Source: Schmidtea nova
Taxonomy: Eukaryota
Assembly: GCA_044892505.1 (NCBI GenBank)
Contig: CM097882.1
Coordinates: 303,738,001 to 303,802,000, forward strand
Direction of reading: 5' to 3'
Length of the DNA stretch: 64,000 bases
Below are positions 53,565-64,000 of the stretch, in pieces (position 1 is the first letter of the stretch; each line of letters opens with the position of its first letter). The translations under genes were made by a program, and so were the position numbers. A model generated the notes under the pieces. It was not told where the DNA came from. It did not search any database and saw only the letters and a program-made list of their open reading frames with translations.

Positions 53565-53974
53565 AGAACATCGAATAAAAAATCTCAGTTGTTATACTCA
53601 CAACAACAAACCAGAAACAGTAAAGGCAATGAAATTCTAAAGGAAATCAATCATTACTCGGTATTCTCTCAATTCAAAGCGGCTGATGTCGAAAGATTTA
53701 ATCCAAAATTAAGAGATAGTCTGAAAAAAATATTTTGTTCACCAGGGTTGTTAGATGTTACGAGAACATCTTCTAAGTTGCTTGAAAAAACATTTTCATT
53801 AACTGAATTCATATTCAAAAATTTATTAATACCACAATTATGTTTAATATTTAAACAAACCTTTCGGCATTGAATCAAACAATTTCAAAACAATTTCTCA
53901 TAAGAATTCAATATCATAAATACAAATCGAATTAATTTTTTATTTGAAATTATATTTTAAAATTTAAAAACTTA

Positions 53975-54372
53975 TTAATATAATGGATCTTATGCTTCTT
54001 CTTCATCTACATTCAAACATTTTAATGTAACTTCATTATCTGTGTCGAAAAATACCGATTATTGAGAAACTTATAGTCAAGATTTTGAAAATGATAATTT
54101 TAGTGCCATATATGTGGCACACAAATTTATAATATTTAGATAAAAACTTTAATTGCGGTATAAGTCTCGATAAATTTAAAACAAAATATCTATTCTTTAA
54201 ATTTTTTCTTGATCCAAATCTCGATTTGAATCAAAATCAAATCCCTCGAAATGGCAATTTACGATTAGATATCAAGTTTGCCAAACCCATTAGCGAACCG
54301 CTACATGCAATAACATATGAAGTTTTTGAAAATGAAATCCAAATAACTGCAAATAGAATAGTACTTGTTTGA
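53975..54372 (+). pseudogene. Polinton/adintovirus major capsid protein C-terminal remnant
   Basis: NGNLRLDIKFAKPISEPLHAITYEVFENEIQITANRIV* matches the recalled double-jelly-roll MCP C-terminal motif. Confidence 0.7.
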
Positions 54373-55371
54373 ACTTTGTTCACTGGTTTGAACGGTTTAA
54401 ATGAATAAATCAAAGTGAACAATTTGTTACAGAGTAAGTTTTTAATTGGTAAAATAATAAGTCGTTGGTCGACTTAATGGTAATTTTATTATTATTTTTA
54501 ATTTATTCCAATTTAGAAATTAATATTTCTAACACGATCGCCAGAGCGTCAAATACTATCGTTGGACCATCGAACGGCGTTGGAGAAGAATTTAACGGAT
54601 CGAGAACTATTGTTAAAATTTATATTATTATTATATCGTAATTTTATCATTATTAATTTTAGAAAATAATACGAATTTTAACGGATCCACTGTCCCAAAT
54701 TTTAATGCATTTTACGGTGTAAATATTGATGCCCCGAATTTTGATGAAAATGCCCCCGAAGATTGCTAGAAATGCCTCAAAATTTGATGGAAATAGCTCG
54801 AATGTTTCTAATGCATCGAAAAAATGTATTTGTAATAATATTTTTTTATTGGTTATAATATTTTAATAAGACTTATAATTATTACGATACCTTTAATCTA
54901 TTATGTAATATACTTTCTAAACAATTACGTAATATGTTATAGGCAAATAGTTTTTATAATTATAAATAATTTTACAATTTTTGAATAACTTGTGAAAAGA
55001 TATACATTTATAATTATGAAAAGTTTTACGATCATAAGAAATTTTATAATGATGAGAAAATATTTTATGATTATAATGAAAAGTTTTTTATGACGAGGAA
55101 ATTATTGATTTTATGAAATTTTTTTTTGTTAATAAAAAATATTTATTTTGTCATAATCTTTAACATGATATGTAATTGTTTTTATAAAGATGATAAAATG
55201 TTTTATGATTATAATAATTTTACGATTTTATGATGATATGAAATTTTATGACGATAAGAAATTTTATAATGATGAAAAACTGTTTTTAATGAATAATGTT
55301 TTGATGATAAGAGTTCTAACGATTTTATTTGTAATAAAAATATATTTATTTTGTCATATTTTATATTAATA

Positions 55372-57945
55372 AGAGAACACCATTTTTTTAAATATATTAA
55401 TGCAATATATTTCAACAGCTTAGCTGTCATCATCAGGCTTTCCACAATCTCAATAAAATAAAAATTAATCTTATTTATACGCTTAATAGTGATTACATAA
55501 TTACATGTGCATAATCCAATAAAACTTTTATTTACCCTAGTAAAATTAATTAAAACCTTGTACGAGGTAATTGGTGATTTTCATTTTTACATGTGCATTA
55601 AATCCGTAATTTTAAACTCACAACGTTGTTTAAGTTCAAAAATTGATTGTCAAAAAAAAATTAAAAATTTGAGAAAATTGTTTGGTGTATGTATGTTTAA
55701 TGTTAAGAATACTGTGTTGAATGTTAATGATGTGCCATTGACGAGTGATGAGGAACGTATTTTGAAGTTTGGCCCGAATCATGGTATTAGAAATAGGATT
55801 GACAAATTTAAATTTTTTTCCCAGATTGAATGTTTGTTTTTTACTTTATCTAAAAATAAGAATATTAATTTGAATTATTTAAAACATTTACTGAATGTTA
55901 ACGCCGATAATTATTTAACTAAGAATAAAAAACAAAATATTAATTATTTTAATACTTTAAAAAATTTATCGAAGAAAAATATTAATATATGTAAATTTGA
56001 TAAGGGTAATGGTTTGGTCGTTCTTAATCATGATGATTATATAAAAAAGTTAGAAATGGTATTGTTATCTCCACAATTTGAAAAGTTTGTCAGTTTTCGT
56101 AAGAATGGCAAATTACCACCTTTAAAAGATGAAGCCATATCAATATATCTACTTCATGACTTAATTTCAAATAACCATATAGATAAGAATATTGTTAATT
56201 CACTTTGGCCTTGAGGATCCCAACCTGCTAAATTATACGGTCTTCCAAAAGTACATAAAGATAATTAACCTATGAGACCTGTATCGTCAATTATTCAAAC
56301 TTCACAATATAAGGTTGCGAAGTTTTTAGATAGTTTGTTGAAACCCTTAATTAAGACTGAATATGAATGTAAAGATAGCTTTGAATTTTGCCTCTTTTAT
56401 AGTAAATTTAAATAAGAGTGGGAATGATGACTTTATGGTTTCGTTTGATGTGGTTAGCCTTTTTACAAATGTTCCTTTAATAGAAACGATTGATATTTGT
56501 TGCAATTTATGGAGTGTTAACACTTAACTTCATAATACTATTGATGTTGTTGCTTTTCTAATTTGCTTTTCTAATTTGCTACTTCTAATGTCCATTTTAT
56601 CTTTGATAATCAATGGTATAAGCAAATTGATGGTGTTGCCATGGGCTAACCTTTAGCTCCTACACTGGCATCTATTTTTATGTCAAGTTTAGAAAATAAA
56701 TTTATAAATTGTAGTGTGAATAAACCCTTAGTATATAAACGTTATGTTGATGATATTTTTCTTGTATTTAAGAATAAAGAACATGTTGAGCCTTTATTGT
56801 ATTATATGAATAATTTGCATGAAAATATTAAATTTACTTTTGAAGAAGAAATTAATTCTAAAATATCATTTCTTGATTTGTTGATTGAAAAGAAAGATAA
56901 ACATTTTGAAACTGAAATTTATAGGAAAACAACAGATACTGGTTTGTATACATCACCGGAAAGCTTTTGTGATTTTAAATATAAAAGAAATATGATAAGG
57001 GAATAGGTTTATCGTTCTTGGACATTGCCGTCAACTTATTGTAAATCTATAAATAGTATTGATAAATTACTTAAAGTACTACATAATAATGGATATTCAA
57101 AATGTTTATTGCAACGAATGGTGAGTGAAACTGTTGATAAGTGTATTAATAAGTTGAATGTGATTGATGAAAAAATTTCTCCTGGTGTTGATCCGTTTAA
57201 TATCTTTGATAGTGCTTCTTTGATTGAAACATGTGATGTTGTTATGGGAATGAATGATGGTGTTGATTGTAATAATAATGAAATAAATAAAAGTAACTTG
57301 AATGATTGCATTGGTTCTGTTATAGTTTTACCGTTTTCTGAGGGATTTGTAAATTTTAAAAAATATATTATAAAATATAATGGAAATTCTAATGTTAAAA
57401 TAATTTCTAAGTCTTGCAAAGTTCGGGACATGTTCAGTAATAAATCTGTGACGTCATTTTGTCTGTGTTCTGATCTCATATATCGTTTTACTTGTAATGG
57501 GTGTAATGCCACATACATTGGAGAGACTGCCCGTCATCTCTGTACACGAGTTCAAGAACATGCCAGAAAGAGCGGAAAGAGTAACATTATTGAGCATAAT
57601 AAGACTTGCAAGAAGAGCATTGATATTCCTAATTTCAAAATACTTTCTAGGGGTTTTAAAATTATTATGAACGTGTGATTTGTGAGGCTCTGATGATAAA
57701 ATCATTTAATCCAAAAATAAACATACAAAATGCAATATCTACAGACATTTTGAGAGTTTTTAATTAATTTTACTAGGGTAAATAAAAGTTTTATTGGATT
57801 ATGCACATGTAATTATGTAATCACTATTAAGAGTATAAATAAGATTAATTTTTATTTTATTGAGATTTTGGAAAGCCTGATGATGACAGCTAAGCTGTTG
57901 AAATATATTGAATTAATATATTTTAAAAAATGGTGTTCTCTTATT
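55372..57945 (+). mobile_element. Penelope-like element (RT plus GIY-YIG), decayed, with inverted pseudo-LTR
   Basis: YKRYVDDIF and IYRFTCNGCNATYIGETARHLCTRVQEH; 55372-55560 is the reverse complement of 57765-57945. Confidence 0.92.
57877..57922 (+). ncRNA. hammerhead-ribozyme-like core in the Penelope pLTR (inverse copy 55389-55437)
   Basis: CTGATGA, acagc-taa-gctgt stem II, GAAA, atatatt/aatatat stem III; stem I poorly paired. Confidence 0.55.
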
Positions 57946-58656
57946 TATATGAATAAATTGCCATTTTTATTTAATAGTATATTTTATATTATCTTTAATA
58001 TATTATGTAATTGTATTTTAAACCATTACATATTATGTTAAAGACAAATAGATTTTTATATCATATTTATTTTTTTAGATTTTTCAAAATATTTTTTATT
58101 CTGACTCAATATGTAGAAATTTCTGCAATAGTAGTTTCCATAATGATTGTCATGTCATTATGGAAAAATACTATTCTTATAAATATAATGGTGTCACCCA
58201 CCTTCTATGCCCTAAATGTAAATCAATAGAAATTATACCTTACAATGAATTTTTTTATGAACATCAAACTCATCTCATCCAATATAGGCCTTCAAAGAAA
58301 TCATTGTTTTTTAGATTATACCAAAATTATATGAACATTAATCTTAATAACAACACTAATCTTAATAACAACAATAATAACAATCTAAACATTAATCTAA
58401 ACAATAACAATAATCTAAATAATAACAATTATTCAAATAATAACTCTATAAATATTAAAAGAAAAAATAATAATAATATATAGGATTCAGTTCCTACCAA
58501 AATTATTAAAGTAATCGACATCAGTGATGATGAAAATGAAATTATTAACATTAGCGACGATGAAATTATCATCATCAGCAATGAAATAACAACAACATTA
58601 AATAATCAAATAATTATTCAAATTGAACATGGTTTAGTCGAAGGTAATTCAGACTA

Positions 58657-60077
58657 AAATGAAAGTTGGCAATTAATTGAGTCGCTAAATAAGTCCATAA
58701 AATTTATTTCAATACGATTATTAAAACCTTAACTGGTTTTAATTTGTTTCGATATTTAAACAAATATACCATCTTCATTTTTTTATTTTCAATTTTTCAA
58801 TTTTAAATATTTTTCAATTTTAACTTTTAAATTTAAAATATTTTCTAAATTTTTAATTTCACATTTTCAATATTTTGTAACCAATAACTTAAAAAATTTT
58901 TAGAATCTTCCTGCTTCCGTCATATTCCCCTTCCTTAGAATTTTTTAAAGTTTTTCTACGTTTCTTTAGAATATTTTACCATTATCGTTTATAAGATATA
59001 TCGTCTGTCATGCACTTTCTCATTAACTTTGTATGGCCCCTCATATCTGTTCTGGTTTTGTTGCGTGTTTCTAATTTAATTAATACTTCTTCTTCAACAT
59101 TGAATTTCCTCCTTGTTTGTTCTTCCGTTTGTTCTTTTACCTGTCTTTCTTCGGACTCGTACCATTTTTCCCTGCCAAAAACTATCTCTGCCGGGCTTTT
59201 TCCTGTCGTTTTTTGTTTAGTTGCATTTAATGTGAATTCGACTTCTGGTAGTATCTCTGCCCAATCAGTCTTCTTTCTGTTCTGTAAAGCAGCATTTATC
59301 AGTTCTGGGATTGTTCTTAATTGTCTTTCAGTCTGTCCATTTGTTTGGTGATGGCATGGACTCGAAAATCATAACTTAATATTTAGCTTCTTTGAGAATT
59401 CTCTCATAATTCCTGATTCAAACGCTTTCCCGCAATCAACTCTTTCTCCTTTGGGCAATTAAATCTTAAAATCCATTTTTCGAAAATCGTTTTCTTTATT
59501 GCTTCCTCGTCTTGTCTTGTTATGGCTGTCAAGACTTGATACTTATTATACTGGTCTATTATGCCCAATATATACTTTTTACGTCCTTTGATTTCTTATA
59601 TTAGTCCACATATATCCACGAATATAATTTCGAACATTTCAGTTGATTCTAGTTTCTTTACTGGTTCTTTCGTTGTTTTTATGGATGTTATTGTATGTAA
59701 GTATGACGCTGTATCTAGTAAGTGTTGTTATAGTATATAATAACTTTTTAATATTTGCTTTGTAGTTTATTTTGTAAGTGTATGCGAGTGTGAAGAGGAA
59801 TGGAAGTGCCCGAGAGAGTCAACCCGATTATTGTGGGGACACCCGGGGTGTATGCTGTGTAATGCGGTAATGAATAACAAACAAGAAATAATAAAATTAA
59901 TTAATTATTAAAGTAACAGTTATTAACAAAATCTAACGACTATAAAATGTTACTTTGTGAAATTTGTGAATTCTGTATTTATTATCTTTCTAATGGATGA
60001 TTTTTGAACAGCTTTCGATATATATGTTGGCGAAAATTGGGAAGAGGATATCAAACTGATAATAAATTTGACAAATT

Positions 60078-60172
<95 letters not shown>

Positions 60173-63100
60173 GCAAAGATTGGGAAGGAAATAACCAACT
60201 GATAATAAATTTGATTGAGAATTCTTGGTTGTTTGGATCGTTGTTTTGATAGTTTATTCTATTTTTAATTGTTGCTTTGGCTAATAAATTTTATTATTAA
60301 AATCAATTTTTCAAATTATCTATTTGGCTTACTATAGCATTTGCTATAGTAAGCCAAATTCGAAATTCAATTTAAAATTAAAATAATAATAATTACAATA
60401 ATAAACTTAATTTTTAATCGCCCAGTACCCGAATAAATGTACAAACCATAATAATGATAATAAAAACACTAATAATAAAAATACTAATAATAAAAAAAAC
60501 AAATCATTATAATTAACTTTTGGGTTCACCACAGTTGTTATTGTTATAGCCTTAGTTTTGTGACAAATCTCGCAACTTCTAACAATTTCCTGAATCTGAC
60601 TCAATAAGTGTTTTCCAAAATATATTTCTTTCATATAATCGGCTACCTTCTCGACAACAGCATGACACAATAGTCCATGTATTTTTTTATAGTCTCTTGC
60701 ATCTCGTTTTCAGGTATAATTGTTTTCTTTTGTACTTCTTCTTCCAAGATTCTTTGTTGTCTAATGCTTCTCCCTTCTTCTCTGGTCGAGTCTAATAATC
60801 TAGTTTTTATCTTCCTTTTCTTAGCTTTTCATGGATCATTTGACACTGAGTACAGGTGTTACACTTAGTTCTTGACACCATGTCTGCATTTTGGTGACTA
60901 ACACAATTTCTGTATTCTACGACCATATCTAAACCGCTTAAATAATTGATCCAGGTTTGAAATTGTGAAGTAATTGGCTTCTTGGTTGTCATCATAAACG
61001 TGATCGCCTTGTGGTCTGTTTTAAGTGTGAATCTCCTTCTGTAGAGATAATGCTTAAAATGAATGCAAAAGTAGTATAGAACGAATAGTTCCTTCCTTGT
61101 AATACAATACCCTTTCTCGTGGCTCGTCACATCGAGAGTGATCCATACGCAACAACTCGTTTCTTTCCATCTTTATCTCTTTGTGAAAGTACCGCCCAAT
61201 GGTATCAAAACTGGCAGCTGTATCTAAGATTAACTCCTTTTTCGGATCCAGAAAACATAGGATCGGTGCCGTCGTAAGTGCTCACTTCAATCCCTCAAAC
61301 ACGCTATTCGTTGCATCCGTCCATTCCAATTTTTTGTTACTCGGGCCGCTACATAATTGTTCTAACATCCTGGCCTTCTTTGCATACTCGCTGATAGATC
61401 TTCTGTAAAAAAAGCTTCGGAGTTTCTTTACGCAACTTGGCTTCCAAAAATTTTGTATAGCCTCAATCTTAGAAAGATCTATCTGTACTCATTCTTTACT
61501 GATTATGTGTCCTAAGAACCTGATTTCTATCTGTAATATTTGACACTTTTCTGGGTTAATCTTTAGTCTTGCTTCTTCAATCGCCTTTAACACTTCCCCG
61601 AATATGGCATAATATTTTTCTTTACTGCTTGAATAAATCAAGATGTCGTCCAAATACACCATTGCCCTTTTAAATTGCCGATTACCTTTGTCATCATTTC
61701 CTGGAACGTACCTGGTGCTGCTGCAATTCCGAACGGCATTCTTTTGAAACAGTATTGCTCGTTCTTTGTTGAGAAGGTTGTTTTCTGCTGTGATTCTTTG
61801 TCAAATACAACTTGGTAATATGCATTACCTAGATTGATTGAGCTGAAAAAGACGGCTTCTCTTAACAAATCCAACATCTTGTCTATGTTCGGCATTGGAA
61901 ATGCCTGCCGCTCTGTTACCGCGTTTAGCCGCCTGGAATCCAAACATAACCTTATATCTTTTTTCTCTTTTTTCCATATGCATTTTAATGGCGTAATCCA
62001 TGGAGAGTTGCATTTCTGTATAATCCCGTTTTCGTACAAATTTTGTATTGCTTCTTCAATCTTTGTTTCCAGATTTAATGGTTGACGATATGGTTTTATA
62101 TTAATCGGTTCACCTCTTGTAACTATCTTATGTTTTACTAAATGCGTGCAACCAACATCCCATTTATCCGCCATGAACACGTTTCAACTGTTCGTTATTA
62201 TTTCTTTTAGTTTGTTATCTTCATTAGTCTTTAGATGTTCCAAGACCCATATCAACCGTTCTCCGTCTTTTATTTGTCTGCCAAATTTTGCTTCAATGTT
62301 ACAAATATTGTTCTTGTCTTTTTCATTAGCTTCGATATTTTTCCTTTTCTACAGCCTATATCCCAATACTTCTTGTAATTCTACTCCTCCAATCAAATCT
62401 GGTGTCACTTTCTCCGCCACAATGAATATAACTTCTTTAGAAATATCTCCAATAGTTACTTGCACCTTTGTTCTTCCTATTTTCTCTACCGTACTCTCAT
62501 TTGCGCATCGTAATTTATCGTCGCTCCTCAACATTTGTTGTCCTCGTAACTTTTTAAAACAGTTCACACTCAATTCGTTGATTCATGCCCCGGTATCTAA
62601 TAAACAGTCAAAACTTTCCCCATTCATGATTACTGTTACACTAGGTCTTCCCTGTAGCTTGTCATACACAATTTCTACAGCCTGTCCCATTTCAATTGTT
62701 CCAATTCTTTCCACTTCCTCGTGAAAGCTTTCTCTTCTTAAGAACCTGTATACTTTCTCACTTACTCTTCCTACATTTTCCCACTTTCTGCCCCTTGAGG
62801 ATATCCCATTCATTATTCTGTTAGTATATGGTTCCAACCATTTCATATACTGATGGAGCCCAGTTGTTTGGGTACGGCTTACTAAATTTATCTTCATTTG
62901 TCTACAAACACGATTCCTTTTCCTCTTCTTTCTCGATTCCATTTATCCGATTGTACATGTTTCCTTTCTGTCTTTTTTTCTCTATCGTTTTCCTGAACCC
63001 AACTTTGTATAATATTATTAGGATCTATGACCATTTCTGTTGCATCTTTTACACCGTATTTCCTGACCTAACCTTCTTATATGACCTTCTTTCCCACAAC

Positions 63101-64000
63101 CAAAACATCTTGGGTCTTTTTTATCTGGACAATTTCTACTTATATGTCCGTTTCTGTGACACGTCCAACACTCTACCTTTTATTGGCCAGTTTATTTTCG
63201 TATGGCCCATTTTGTGACATAACCAACATTCTGGTCATTCTCTTCTACTGTGTTTTTCTCTTTGTTCTTTTTGCTTGCATTGCCCCCCTCTCTGTGGCTC
63301 CTAATGAACCGCTCTTACGTAGCTTTTCATAAAGTTAATCTGATCTCTTTGTTTCTCTACTTTATCAATAAGAATTAGTGTTTCGTTTATTTCTTCTGTG
63401 CTTTGTATCTTTTGTAGTATTACTTCCTTCTCAGATTTTTTATTCTCCGCACATAATATCATGATCTTTGCTGTTAATTTCTCTTTGGTGAATTCTTTAT
63501 TATCGAATACCCTGTTTCCAAATTCTTCATTAAACCTCTTTCATAATCAAATGCCATTCGTAATCTCTCTTGAAATCCTTCTACTTTTTTAAGTATCTCT
63601 GCATAGGTTTCCAATAGATCCTCGTCAATCAGGCATGCTGTTAATCTTTCTTGTTCTTTCTTATTGGTGATGCCCTTAGCATCGAAATAGATTTCGTATC
63701 TTTTAATAAACTTCTCCAAGTCATCACCTTGGCAAAATACATTTGGAAGTAATCTTTCTGTGATTGCGCCCGTGTTTAACGCTGCCACAATATTAGGATT
63801 TTCATCTTTTGAAAATTGGCAATTAATTGAGTCGCAAAATAAGTCCATAAAATTTATTTCAATACAATTATTAAAAACTTAACTGGTTTTAATTTGTTTC
63901 GATATTTAAACAAATTTACCATCTTCATTTTTTATTTTCAATTTTTCAATTTTAAATATTTTTCAATTTTAACTTTTAAATTTAAAATATTTTCTAAATT
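58657..64000 (-). mobile_element. decayed Ty3/Gypsy retrotransposon; 5' LTR runs off the window
   Basis: direct repeat ~58660-58850 vs ~63815-64000; PPT-like aaggaagggg near 58927; tRNA-Leu-like PBS ttgtggcagcg near 63780; gag, LLDTGA protease, RT, RNase H, integrase. Confidence 0.88.
59692..60536. mobile_element. ~845-bp insertion with (AT)n interrupting the Gypsy integrase
   Basis: integrase CEICHKTKAITI resumes as ..KTTKEP..FVDICG; gttat duplicated at the flanks; begins TGT. Confidence 0.5.

Larger units (their letters stand above)
50589..53616 (+). mobile_element. element D: 3028-bp ORF-bearing LTR-like unit
   Basis: TGTTGGGCC start, CCAGAA end, TSD ACAG at 50585-50588 and 53617-53620; removing it restores the integrase frame. 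Confidence 0.93.
50240..53790 (+). pseudogene. Polinton-type rve integrase with a 42-nt intron, split by element D; pieces 50240-50527, 50570-50588, 53621-53790
   Basis: DLWQMDLMEM..KGYKYILT..FSRFVKAIP..LQTDLG|GKDFYN|SKGNEIL..FKAADVERFN. Confidence 0.88.

Noticed and set aside
6798-53616. All four family copies share the + orientation
   Set aside because: n=4 is too few, and selection against sense insertions in the EDEM1 intron could explain three of them.
58660-64000. ~190-bp direct repeat as a segmental duplication
   Set aside because: It brackets gag-pol with PBS-like and PPT-like sites, so it is better explained as an LTR pair.
1-64000. CRISPR arrays, rRNA or tRNA genes
   Set aside because: No repeat-spacer array or recognisable rRNA/tRNA sequence was seen.

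Overview
This is an AT-rich eukaryotic scaffold with short 42-50 nt introns, (AT)n tracts and one 141-N gap. The transposon spectrum suggests a planarian-like invertebrate (inference only). One host gene is clear: an EDEM1-like GH47 alpha-mannosidase on the minus strand (exons 38743 to ~650). Its intron 7 (1112-29584, 28.5 kb) is a stack of nested mobile elements. The rest of the window holds Ty3/Gypsy, hAT, Merlin, piggyBac-type MITE and Penelope elements, plus decayed Polinton/adintovirus-like genes (protease, packaging ATPase, intron-containing integrase, major capsid C-terminus). The most interesting signal is four diverged copies of one ~3 kb element (6834-9922; 6798-11526 minus the nested copy; 16454-19802; 50589-53616). 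Each starts TGTTGG, ends CCAGCA or CCAGAA, and has its own 4-bp target-site duplication. None encodes RT or integrase. All share an LTR-like CCAAT/TATA/Inr promoter, an AATAAA next to a 5' splice site, two RNA-structure motifs with compensatory changes, and ORF2 (coiled coil, TQT motif, near-invariant Arg-rich motif). Three copies also keep a Trp-rich ORF1. The ORFs generally carry their own splice acceptor and poly(A) signal. The best reading is giant protein-coding solo LTRs (or self-contained non-autonomous units) carrying a Rev/Tat-like accessory cassette. That function is inference, not demonstrated.
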